Position numbers and translations under genes: made by a program. A stretch of DNA of 64,000 nt from an uncultured Clostridia bacterium (GTDB lineage Bacteria; Bacillota; Clostridia; TANB77; CAG-508): assembly GCA_947625835.1 (NCBI GenBank), contig CANQPY010000001.1, positions 115,981 through 179,980 on the forward strand, read 5' to 3'. Shown here one piece after another: positions 46,572 through 55,935 of the stretch. The notes under the pieces were generated by a model. The model was not told where the DNA came from, made no database searches, and saw nothing but the letters and a program-made list of their open reading frames with translations. Within the stretch, counting starts at the first letter, position 1. Each line of letters starts with the position of its first letter.

Positions 46572-49500
46572 ATGATTAATTTACCTTTTAAAGTAGGGCC
46601 TGGAGTAGCGGATAGACATATTACTGGGGCCGAATATATAAATGGTAGCTTTGTATTTGTTGATACAATCACAGAATTTCAAGAATTATCTACCAATAAC
46701 AAGTATAGCTTAAAAGAAGGCGTACCTGTATATGTTAGAGCTGACGCTGCAGGTAACATTATTAATAAAATATATAAATATAAAAAAGATGTAGCTGATG
46801 TAAATAGTTTACCCAGTTATGAGTTCCTAGCTGAAGATTTAGAATTTGACCATTTATATGTTTGGAAAAATAATGAATGGTTTGATATTACTGATCTATT
46901 AGATATACAAGCAATTAAAGATGAGCTTAACGAATTAAAAAGAAATTTAAGTATAGAAATCGCAACCCGAGAGCAAAATGAAGCCAATATTAACCTTAGA
47001 TTAGAGGCGCTTGAAAAACTTGGGCAAACTGTAATAGAAATAAGAAATGAACTTAGCTTAGTAAAAATAGATTTAGATAGTGAAGTAAATAGAGCAACTG
47101 AAGCTGAGAAAAATATAGAAAATTCAGTTAAGGAACTTAATGATAATTTAAGTAATAGTACAGCAAACCTTAGACAAAACATTAATGAAGTCAAAGAAGA
47201 AGTAGATAAAAATAAATTGTCCATAGATGGAGATATATCAGAACTAAATAAAAAATGTAGCGAATTGGATAATGATATTTTTAATACTAGAGCAGACCTT
47301 ACTGATAAGATCGAAGAAGAAAAACAAAGAGCTAAGGATGCTGAAGATAATATAAGATCTGATGTAGGTAATAATAAAGTAGAAATTGGAAAACTACAAA
47401 GATCTATTAGTGATGAAGCATTAATTAGACAAAATAGTATAGAGCAAGAAGCCAACGAAAGAAAAGCAGCAGATACAGCATTAACTCAGGCTTTAAATGA
47501 TGAGATTACCCGGGCAAAAACGGCTGAACAAAATATAAACGATAAAATAGGTACAGGATTTTCAGCAGAAGATACAGTAGCTAAAAAAATTAATGATAAT
47601 AAGGATGCAATAGAAGCCGAGGTTAGAAGAGCAACAGGAGTAGAAGGTTCTCTAGATGCCCTAAATGAAAATCTTACTAAATCTACATTAGTAGATGCAA
47701 TTAATAGTAATGCTTCCCATATTGGAGATCTTTCAAATCTACAGACAGATAATAAAGATACAATTGTTGGTAGTATTAATGAAGTAGCGGAAGATATAAC
47801 CAATCTAGATACTAGATTAAGTGGCGATATAAAAAATATAAATGATAAAATTCCTGCTACAGCATCTGAATCCAACAAACTAGCAGATCAAGCATTTGTA
47901 AATAGTAGTATTAATGCTATGGCTGCCTTTTATATTACAAGAAATGAACAAGGCGATCCATTCTTTACAAATGAAGATCTAACAAGTACAACTTCATATT
48001 TTTCAGGTGGAGTTCTAAGAAACCCTACTAAGAATGACTATGCTATTGTAGTTGCAGATGAATCTGTAGGTGAGAAAGTACAAGGATATGAATCATTTAC
48101 AACCACAGATCAATATATTAACTATTATGTTCTTTTTGAGAATAAAGAAGTTGACGTCACTGCGGATAATAAAGATGACCTAAATATAGAACCAGGTACT
48201 ACGATTGCTTATAAATCACTGCCCACTACAAGATATACCTATCAGGGTGAAGAATATCCAAATGGTCAGTGGCAATACCAATACATAATAAATAGAACGG
48301 CATTAACAGCGGCGCAAATAGCAGCTATTAATAGCGGTATTACTAAAAATCTTACTGATCAAATTACAATAAATCAAAATAATATTACAGACATTCAAGA
48401 AAAAAATAATAAACAAGATACTGCAATAGCAGGTGTTAAAGCTACAGCAGATAAAGCAGCCAGTGATATTGGTAATACCCAGTCCTTAACTACAAATGCT
48501 AAAGATACCTTAGTTAATGCAATTAATGAATTAAATAGTAATCTTAGTACATCATCTTCAACTCTACAAACAGCTATTGAAAATGAAAAAAATAGAGCAA
48601 TTGCAGAAGAAGAAAAGCTCCAATCCAATATTGATACTGAAGCCGCAACAGCGAGAGCAGCAGAAAAAGAAAATGCTGATAATATTGCAGCAGAAGCAGC
48701 AAGAGCAAAAGCCGAAGAAGCAAAAAAAGTAAATAGTAGCGGAGGTGAGTTGAAAGATACCGTTGTCACGTTTGATGATGCAACGGTAGATGCAAATATA
48801 GTGAGTGGGGAAACTACTGCTACTTTATTCGGAAAAATCAAACGTTGGTTTGGGCGTTTGAAAGCACTTGCATTTAAAGCAACTGTTGGCACGGCAGATA
48901 TTGACAACGGCTCTGTTACGAATGCAAAACTCGATAGCGATTTACAAACCGCAGTTGAGAATGCAAATAACGCGATGCCAAAATCGGGAGGAAAATTTAC
49001 GGGGCGCGTTTCATGGCAAGATAGCAGTTTGCCAGCGCAATCCGATTCCCCATATTTTGTCACGATTGAAGCGTTTGCAAACGGCGGGAAAACCTATTAT
49101 ACTTCACAACCAAACGTAAAAAGGAACCTTGGCGTTACCGCTCTTGAAGATTCTTTGTCTACATTGCGTGATGAATTTGATGAGTTTTCTTACAAAACAC
49201 CTACATTAACTCTTAGTCTTACAGGTGAAACTTCCCCCGTAGACTTAACAGCAACTAATTTAACTCGTTCAATTACTGGATTTACCTTCACTACAACTAG
49301 TACAGATAAAATCAGTGGCGACTTAACATTTTCAGGTGAAGGAAAGAGTGAAACTGTTGCACCTGCAGCAAGTGGATCAAAAGTGTTTGATTCAGCACTT
49401 GTTATAACTTTTGCACCAAATAAGACAAGTGCATCTTTTACATTAAAAGGTACAAGCATTAAACAAGAGCAATTGACTGCAAGTGCAAGTATAACTTCTT

Positions 49501-49811
49501 ACTATCCTTTATTTTACGGTGCCTCTGCAACTACACCTACAACAGCTAATTTTGATTCTGCCATAACCAACACTACTGTAAGTTCAGGGTTTGGAAAAAA
49601 GGCATCTTCAGGTAATTCTGGTAGCTATACTATCTCGTATAAAGAAGGGGATTATGTATGGTTCTGCACAACAGGTACTATAAGTAAAATTACATCAAGT
49701 GGTTATGATGTTACAATAGTACAAGATGGTACTCTTTCTTATAAAGGTGGGACTTATAAATTATATAGAACTTTGCAACTTACCAATGGTTCAGCAACCT
49801 TTGTTATATAA
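46572..49811 (+). CDS. long tail fibre protein (1079 aa, coiled-coil shaft)
   Basis: ORF track. Long heptad-like region. Recurrent fibre motifs ..DTIVGSINEV.., ..DTLVNAINEL.., ..STLVDAINS.. Confidence 0.8.
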   Translation: MINLPFKVGPGVADRHITGAEYINGSFVFVDTITEFQELSTNNKYSLKEGVPVYVRADAAGNIINKIYKYKKDVADVNSLPSYEFLAEDLEFDHLYVWKNNEWFDITDLLDIQAIKDELNELKRNLSIEIATREQNEANINLRLEALEKLGQTVIEIRNELSLVKIDLDSEVNRATEAEKNIENSVKELNDNLSNSTANLRQNINEVKEEVDKNKLSIDGDISELNKKCSELDNDIFNTRADLTDKIEEEKQRAKDAEDNIRSDVGNNKVEIGKLQRSISDEALIRQNSIEQEANERKAADTALTQALNDEITRAKTAEQNINDKIGTGFSAEDTVAKKINDNKDAIEAEVRRATGVEGSLDALNENLTKSTLVDAINSNASHIGDLSNLQTDNKDTIVGSINEVAEDITNLDTRLSGDIKNINDKIPATASESNKLADQAFVNSSINAMAAFYITRNEQGDPFFTNEDLTSTTSYFSGGVLRNPTKNDYAIVVADESVGEKVQGYESFTTTDQYINYYVLFENKEVDVTADNKDDLNIEPGTTIAYKSLPTTRYTYQGEEYPNGQWQYQYIINRTALTAAQIAAINSGITKNLTDQITINQNNITDIQEKNNKQDTAIAGVKATADKAASDIGNTQSLTTNAKDTLVNAINELNSNLSTSSSTLQTAIENEKNRAIAEEEKLQSNIDTEAATARAAEKENADNIAAEAARAKAEEAKKVNSSGGELKDTVVTFDDATVDANIVSGETTATLFGKIKRWFGRLKALAFKATVGTADIDNGSVTNAKLDSDLQTAVENANNAMPKSGGKFTGRVSWQDSSLPAQSDSPYFVTIEAFANGGKTYYTSQPNVKRNLGVTALEDSLSTLRDEFDEFSYKTPTLTLSLTGETSPVDLTATNLTRSITGFTFTTTSTDKISGDLTFSGEGKSETVAPAASGSKVFDSALVITFAPNKTSASFTLKGTSIKQEQLTASASITSYYPLFYGASATTPTTANFDSAITNTTVSSGFGKKASSGNSGSYTISYKEGDYVWFCTTGTISKITSSGYDVTIVQDGTLSYKGGTYKLYRTLQLTNGSATFVI

Positions 49812-49837
49812 GGAAAAAGAAATAAAGGAGATATCCA

Positions 49838-50923
49838 ATGTCAATTCCTATTTTCGATGAATTAAATGTGCAGACTCTAGAAGGTGTTCTTGCAGATATC
49901 TCTCAAATACGTGGAGCTCCAAAATTTAAATTAACAGGGGACGCGATAGAAGATAAAGGGGGTGTAGGAACCGCATATACATTAAATACCAAGGACTTAA
50001 CCCCCACTACACCAGCTTCTATTTCGGGAGATGTAGTAATATTTTCTACTACTAAATCATCTTATTTGGCTAAAGTTAATAGTGCAGATAGTACGAATGT
50101 AGAAGTTACTGTTGTTGAGGCTTTAGGTAGCAGCAGCAGCGCAGGTTATGATACTATTATTTCTAACCAAGAAGAGTTTGAAGCATGGTATGCCGAACTT
50201 GATGCAGGTACTTATGAGGGTGAAAGCGTTCTTATATTAAGTGGTACCTATACGAGAGATGACGGAAATGGATTGCATTTTCCTGATACATTAAAACAGG
50301 TGTGTGGGCTTGGAAATGTTCAAATTAAAATAAGTAATTTTAAAGATAATAATAGTGGGAAAGGTGGAATATGGTATACTGTACTACCTGAAAATGAGCA
50401 ATATTTTATAAAAAATATTGATGTTATTATATCTGCTGGTGACCAAGGTTATGGAATACTTCCTGCTTTTATAAAATGTAAAAATTTAATTAATTGTGTT
50501 GGTGAAAGTAATAGCAGTAGTTCTGGTTATTCTCCTTGTAGCTTTCAAGAGTGTGTAAATTTAATTAATTGCATAGGCAAAAGTACTTATAGTACTGATG
50601 TTGTTGGTATTGCTTATGGTTTTTTTAAATGTACCAATTTAATTAATTGTACTTGTAATACCAGCGCTAGGGGTGGAAGTAGTCGTAGTTTTGCTGTTTG
50701 CAAATATTTAATTAGTTGTACTGGTAGCGCTATTGGTAAGAATAATAGTTATACTTTCTCTGATTGTAATATATGTTCTAACTGCCATCAAGACCTAGAT
50801 AATGCTTCTACAACTGCAACGTGGGGTGGGAATAATACCAATGTAGACCCTAATACATGCCCTGAATATACTGGTTCATATAATACTGCCATTCCAATTA
50901 CAGACTTAAGAGGTGTAAATTAA
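49838..50923 (+). CDS. receptor-binding-type protein with Cys-containing leucine-rich repeats
   Basis: Repeats FIKCKNLINCVG / FQECVNLINCIG / FFKCTNLINCTC / FAVCKYLISCTG (BspA/LRR_5-like). N-terminal module shared with 54586..55869. Confidence 0.75.
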   Translation: MSIPIFDELNVQTLEGVLADISQIRGAPKFKLTGDAIEDKGGVGTAYTLNTKDLTPTTPASISGDVVIFSTTKSSYLAKVNSADSTNVEVTVVEALGSSSSAGYDTIISNQEEFEAWYAELDAGTYEGESVLILSGTYTRDDGNGLHFPDTLKQVCGLGNVQIKISNFKDNNSGKGGIWYTVLPENEQYFIKNIDVIISAGDQGYGILPAFIKCKNLINCVGESNSSSSGYSPCSFQECVNLINCIGKSTYSTDVVGIAYGFFKCTNLINCTCNTSARGGSSRSFAVCKYLISCTGSAIGKNNSYTFSDCNICSNCHQDLDNASTTATWGGNNTNVDPNTCPEYTGSYNTAIPITDLRGVN

Positions 50924-50924
50924 C

Positions 50925-51605
50925 ATGTCTTATTATGATGTTTATATAGATGGAAAACCTTATAGGCTGTATATGGGGGGGGGGGCATATGATGCTTTCC
51001 TAAAAGATACAGGAGATGGAAAATTAACAATAGCCGTAGCAAAGTTATCAGTAAGTTATGATTCAACTACAAACATGGTAAATTGCACAATAGAAGATTT
51101 AAGTGAAACAGGAAAAAGAATAAAAGATCAATTAAGGTTAGAATTTGAATATAAGCATGGAGAACCGCTTTATAGAAATTATAGTGAGACTGTAAGTAGT
51201 TCTTTGCTGGATTATAGCAGACCTTATAATCCTGATAATGGTCACTATCAAGGAAGACATGCAATTATAGATACTAATAGAGTATGGTGCGCTTCTCCTT
51301 TTTTAACAAAAAATCTTGCAGATGATTTTGGTTCTAATAACTCACCCAGTTCTAATAGGACACTATCTAAAAATAATCCTCCATTAGATATAGGAGTAAC
51401 TGTTAGTTATAATTTATCTGATCTTTTTTCTGGAGAACCTAATGTACTAAATGGGAATCCACGCAGTGCTGAAAATGGGTTTTATACTTATGGAGATTAT
51501 GATTATTATTTAGATACGAGATTTTATATTCGTAATAGGCGAACGGATAGATTTCTTAAAACTATTTCTCCAGTTTTACGTTTGACTTATAAAAAATTAA
51601 ATTAA
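50925..51605 (+). CDS. hypothetical virion protein with an in-frame G11 tract; paralogue of 51694..52398
   Basis: MSYYDVYIDGKPYRLYMGGGAYD.. versus MSYYNIYIGDKPYQLYIEDIAYD..; G11 at 50975-85. Confidence 0.8.
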   Translation: MSYYDVYIDGKPYRLYMGGGAYDAFLKDTGDGKLTIAVAKLSVSYDSTTNMVNCTIEDLSETGKRIKDQLRLEFEYKHGEPLYRNYSETVSSSLLDYSRPYNPDNGHYQGRHAIIDTNRVWCASPFLTKNLADDFGSNNSPSSNRTLSKNNPPLDIGVTVSYNLSDLFSGEPNVLNGNPRSAENGFYTYGDYDYYLDTRFYIRNRRTDRFLKTISPVLRLTYKKLN

Positions 51606-51637
51606 ATATAATATATTGGTGCCGTCTGTCGTGTCGT

Positions 51638-51661
51638 GGGGGCGGTGGGTTGGGTTAGGGG
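51638..51661 (+). other. G-quadruplex-consensus sequence in the intergenic leader
   Basis: GGGGG-cggt-GGG-tt-GGG-tta-GGGG followed by ATTTTTATATA and the RBS of 51694. Confidence 0.5.
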
Positions 51662-51693
51662 ATTTTTATATATTTGAAAGAGGTTTTTATATT

Positions 51694-52398
51694 ATGTCAT
51701 ATTATAATATTTATATAGGTGATAAGCCTTATCAGTTATATATAGAAGATATAGCTTATGATATAAGTGACGATAATGTATTACCTGATAATATATATGG
51801 TAAATTAAGTGTAACTTATGATGATAGTACATCAAGTTTTACAGTCAAAGTAGATAGTTTAAGTAATCGTGGTAAATATGCCATGAAACATAATAGACTA
51901 TATGTTGTTCCTGAAGTGATGGTGGGTTCTCACTTTAGTAGTTATAGATCCCTTGGTCAAGGAAATTATGTTGATAGAAAAGTCAGAGAAAATTCTCTTA
52001 GAAATACAGCGGGTAACTATTGGGGATTAGCATATACAGCTATAAATAACAGAGGACAAAATAATAATCCTTTTGATGGGGAAAAAATCGATAAAATTGG
52101 AGAAATTCTTTATTTCCCACGAACAACTTTTATATATAAACTTGAAAATTTTATAGCCTGCCATAGCAATTCCAGAATAGGAGTTAATGCTGCTTGGAGT
52201 TATGTGCAAAAAAAATACGATGTTGGTAGAGAACATCCAGATCCTCCAATATGGGCTAAAGTAAGATTTTATTTAATATGTTTTGATAAAGATCCTAATG
52301 GAATTGTAGATTTTACACGTGGAGTTGATGGTATACCTTCTTTTAGATTTAAAAAAACTATTTCTCCAGAAATTACACTTTATTCTAAATTATTTTAA
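51694..52398 (+). CDS. hypothetical virion protein, paralogue of 50925..51605
   Basis: ORF 51616..52398 trimmed to ATG 51694 after AGAGG. Confidence 0.8.
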   Translation: MSYYNIYIGDKPYQLYIEDIAYDISDDNVLPDNIYGKLSVTYDDSTSSFTVKVDSLSNRGKYAMKHNRLYVVPEVMVGSHFSSYRSLGQGNYVDRKVRENSLRNTAGNYWGLAYTAINNRGQNNNPFDGEKIDKIGEILYFPRTTFIYKLENFIACHSNSRIGVNAAWSYVQKKYDVGREHPDPPIWAKVRFYLICFDKDPNGIVDFTRGVDGIPSFRFKKTISPEITLYSKLF

Positions 52399-52410
52399 AA
52401 AATATTTATT

Positions 52411-52450
52411 GGTGGGGGATGCGCGTGCATTCACTCGGGTGGGATAGGGG
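52411..52450 (+). other. second G-rich leader element, homologous to 51616..51670
   Basis: GGTGGGGG-18 nt-GGG-t-GGG-ata-GGGG followed by TTTTATATAA and the RBS of 52486. Confidence 0.45.
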
Positions 52451-52485
52451 TTTTATATAAAATATAACAATGAGGTATAATACAT

Positions 52486-52878
52486 ATGCCTAATTTAAAA
52501 GAAATTATAAAAGTAACAAAAGCGCAAATGGAGACACTTATTGGAGGTGGCTCTGTAGGCGATCATACTTTATCAGATGATGTTCTCTATGCAGTAGAAA
52601 AAGAAGAAGGCGGTGGAGGAAGCGGAGCTCCAGGTCTATCAATTTATGATTCTAGTGAGTTCTCCGGTACAGATGAATCAACTGCAAGAGGAACTACATC
52701 TTTACAAATAAGATACATTACAGTACCAGAAGGTAGACAATTACAAATTGGTGATTTAATTATTGCGCATTATTATTATTTATATAGAATCACAGCAATT
52801 GCTACTGATAGGGTTACTGTAACTTATTTGCATCCTATAGCTCCAATAATTTATTCTATAGATGTAGCACTTGTCTGA
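52486..52878 (+). CDS. hypothetical protein
   Basis: ORF track; TGAGGTA RBS. Confidence 0.8.
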   Translation: MPNLKEIIKVTKAQMETLIGGGSVGDHTLSDDVLYAVEKEEGGGGSGAPGLSIYDSSEFSGTDESTARGTTSLQIRYITVPEGRQLQIGDLIIAHYYYLYRITAIATDRVTVTYLHPIAPIIYSIDVALV

Positions 52879-52895
52879 TAAAGGAATCTTAAAGT

Positions 52896-54191
52896 ATGCA
52901 ATATGATCTTAATTTTAAAAATTATGATGGTACTGTAATATCCACAGCCTCATTATATATTCCTGATGAGCCAGGAAGATATAATATTCCTAGTGATTTT
53001 ATAAGTTCATCAGATGTAGTTGTAAATTCGGATGTTAATTCTGAAATAGTGGTTAATAAGGCAGAAAATAGATATGAGTTAACCTTTTATTATAGGCCTA
53101 ACATTTATGCTAGGGGCTATTTTACAACTAATGCTGTTGAAAATTACACTGAGTATGCCATAACACGACCTTTTTTTGCGCTTCCTGTTTCAGGTTCTTT
53201 TACAGATTACTATGTTGAGGACAGGGATATACTTGGAAATCAAGATGAATTATCAGCAAAATTTTCTAACAGTATGGCTATTGAAGAGTATTATGTTGGG
53301 GATTTAAGTGTAAATGATTACTCTAATTATAGTGATGTTTTTCTTGAAGCTAGGGATTTTATGAGCGATAAAGTATTTATTTATTCTCTTGGATTGGATC
53401 CAAACGATATTGTCCAGATGGCTGCTGATACTGGGTTTTTGGATGATGGCGACACCCCAATGATTTTTATAATTAATAAAAATGTTTCCTCCATTTTTGA
53501 TTCCTATTCACTAAATCCGGAGTATTTTGATAGAGAAGTTAATGGTTATAATTGCTATTATTGGGATGTTTTTAAAGATTTTAATGTCTATAATTTCTTC
53601 CCAACGTCTTTTTCACTTACGGATGTTTTTCAATACCCTGATATTTCAAACCCACTAAAATTTGTATATTTTTCCTTTACAGATTTCCCAGGTTCAACTC
53701 TCCTATATGATGAAATATATTATTATATACTGAACCTGTTTGAGGGCATTCCTGAGGATAATGTTAAATCAATCCCTATAGAAATGAACTCATCTGATGA
53801 TCCCACTCAGGCACTTCAATTACTAGTTGATACATTTGATAGAATGCGACAAGAATACGATAATCAAACAGATAATGTTTTATTAATTATTCCTGGATCT
53901 TACCTTGGGATGCTTTGCCAAGCGCTAGAACCAGGGGCAATTGACCCAAATAATTGGCTTGTACTTTCTATAGATGCCCCACCAGCAGTGATGGATAATA
54001 TTCTTTATGGTAATGATGATATAATTTCTCGATTAAACTTTCCATTTTACTATACTTACCCTTACGTAAATTATGACAGTTTTGATCTTGTTCTTTCTAA
54101 TATCTTAACAAAGGTAAATGAGGGCGAATCACCAGATTGCAACCTTAAAGTGGTGGAATTTGCACCCTGGATTGAAATAATACCAATATAG
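52896..54191 (+). CDS. hypothetical virion protein
   Basis: ORF track. Confidence 0.8.
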   Translation: MQYDLNFKNYDGTVISTASLYIPDEPGRYNIPSDFISSSDVVVNSDVNSEIVVNKAENRYELTFYYRPNIYARGYFTTNAVENYTEYAITRPFFALPVSGSFTDYYVEDRDILGNQDELSAKFSNSMAIEEYYVGDLSVNDYSNYSDVFLEARDFMSDKVFIYSLGLDPNDIVQMAADTGFLDDGDTPMIFIINKNVSSIFDSYSLNPEYFDREVNGYNCYYWDVFKDFNVYNFFPTSFSLTDVFQYPDISNPLKFVYFSFTDFPGSTLLYDEIYYYILNLFEGIPEDNVKSIPIEMNSSDDPTQALQLLVDTFDRMRQEYDNQTDNVLLIIPGSYLGMLCQALEPGAIDPNNWLVLSIDAPPAVMDNILYGNDDIISRLNFPFYYTYPYVNYDSFDLVLSNILTKVNEGESPDCNLKVVEFAPWIEIIPI

Positions 54192-54200
54192 GAGCTAAAT

Positions 54201-54566
54201 ATGAATTCTATATCCAATAATGGTTTTATATTACTAACCAGAGGAGATACTTTTAAGGCTCCTTTATTTATAAACTGGGGTTCAAAGGCTTGCCCTGTGA
54301 GATATTATATTAAACGTCACCCAGAAGTCACAGTATATCTTGGCATTATGGAACCTCACCAACCATTTGAAAATGCAGTGATAAGAAAAACATATAATGC
54401 TGAGAATGCAGAAGTTAATGAATGTGGTGATATAATAGTAAAATTAAAATCGACAGATACTGAATATTTACTTCCTGGTAAATATTATTACGAAGTTAAA
54501 ATAGATTTGGGAGATTCAGATATAGATACTATTATCCCAAAAACAGAATTTTTCATTTTGAATTAA
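54201..54566 (+). CDS. hypothetical protein
   Basis: ORF track; TAGGAG RBS. Confidence 0.8.
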   Translation: MNSISNNGFILLTRGDTFKAPLFINWGSKACPVRYYIKRHPEVTVYLGIMEPHQPFENAVIRKTYNAENAEVNECGDIIVKLKSTDTEYLLPGKYYYEVKIDLGDSDIDTIIPKTEFFILN

Positions 54567-54585
54567 AATTTGGAGGTTATACCAA

Positions 54586-55869
54586 ATGGATTATTTATAT
54601 GGTGAATTAAATACAAGAGCAGTTAAAGTAGAATATGAAGGTAAGAATACAGGCCCCACAGTAGAAGTTACAGTAGATAATGAAAATTGCACTATATCAG
54701 CAGATGTTAAGCCCTTGTCTTTATCTCCAAATTATATAAAAGCTAGCATACCTTCACAAACAGGTAATTACTTTATGATACTTCAAAAATTGCCAGATAT
54801 TGCATCTTTTAATTATAGTAAAGATTTACCTGAAGATATGATTAGTAGTATTATTAATGCGAATAAATTATATGATTTATTACAAGCAGGGGATAATATC
54901 ACCCTAACACCTCAGGAATCAGGAAAATTAAAAATTACATCTACCTTAGCTGGAATTACAAGATTTTCTGAAAGTACTCTTCCTTCTGTACTTAGCGGCA
55001 GCGATACTACTCAATTATTAAGAAGTAACATTATTGGTAGTAAAACAGATATAGGGCAGGGAGATACAGTAATATTCCCTGATAAAGATAAACTTGTAAC
55101 ATTTATAGGTACAGTAACAGATAAAAATGAAACTCAGATTACAGTGGGCGATATTAAGTATCTAAATAATACAATTACCATAGTAAAAGATGAATGGAGT
55201 AAAGGTCCCTCCAACTACCCTCAACAATATCCCTATAAAGGGTACTACTGGTTATGCCAAAAGAATGATGTAAATGAAGCACCAACTGATGGAGAAGATT
55301 GGTTACGGCTAGGGCCAATAAAGGATAATACTACATACTATAGTACTAGTGAAGTTGAAGATCAAGGGGGGATAGGAACTGATTACACCTTAAATTTTGA
55401 AAATCTTCAACCCACTTCACCTTTACCCCAAGTTAATGACTTTGTAGTATTTTCAACTAGTACCAATAATTATATAGGTAAGATTACAGAATTACCTACA
55501 ACTAGTACAGCAAAAGTCAATGTAATATTACAAGCACTAAAAACAACAACGCCAGTATCTTATCTTCACTCAATTAAGGTTACGGGTACATCAGAAGTAG
55601 GGAGTAATAATTATACTTTATATTTTAATATTACCAATTCAAAAAAGGAACCTTACAGTGATATAGCAACACTTGGAAGTGATATTAAATTAGGATTTAT
55701 TTACCCAGCTACTGGCGCAAGAGATACAGATAAGGAAATTGTCACTGGAGTACAAGTAAGAGAGGGTGGAGTACAAATGGCATTAACTACAGTAGACTTC
55801 TCAAATGAGATAACATTAAACAATTTGGTTATTCTAAATTCAGTAAATATAGTAGATGAAGTTAAATAA
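54586..55869 (+). CDS. fibre/baseplate-type protein sharing a module with 49838..50923
   Basis: GIGTDYTLNFENLQPTSPLPQVNDFVVFSTSTNNYIGKI versus GVGTAYTLNTKDLTPTTPASISGDVVIFSTTKSSYLAKV. Confidence 0.75.
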   Translation: MDYLYGELNTRAVKVEYEGKNTGPTVEVTVDNENCTISADVKPLSLSPNYIKASIPSQTGNYFMILQKLPDIASFNYSKDLPEDMISSIINANKLYDLLQAGDNITLTPQESGKLKITSTLAGITRFSESTLPSVLSGSDTTQLLRSNIIGSKTDIGQGDTVIFPDKDKLVTFIGTVTDKNETQITVGDIKYLNNTITIVKDEWSKGPSNYPQQYPYKGYYWLCQKNDVNEAPTDGEDWLRLGPIKDNTTYYSTSEVEDQGGIGTDYTLNFENLQPTSPLPQVNDFVVFSTSTNNYIGKITELPTTSTAKVNVILQALKTTTPVSYLHSIKVTGTSEVGSNNYTLYFNITNSKKEPYSDIATLGSDIKLGFIYPATGARDTDKEIVTGVQVREGGVQMALTTVDFSNEITLNNLVILNSVNIVDEVK

Positions 55870-55896
55870 ATTTATAACTAATTTATAAATCTTCTT

Positions 55897-55906
55897 TGCT
55901 AAATTA
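55897..55906 (+). promoter_or_regulatory. TGCTAAATTA motif (class II promoter candidate)
   Basis: 39 nt upstream of ATG 55936. Confidence 0.5.
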
Positions 55907-55935
55907 TATGAAATGATTAAGGTAGGAATGTAACC

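Noticed and set aside
46817-49063. Minus-strand ORFs of 130-222 aa inside the 1079-aa fibre gene
   Set aside because: They lie antisense to a repetitive coiled-coil/Ala-Ser-rich gene. The translated products are S/L/A low-complexity, and no signals are present.
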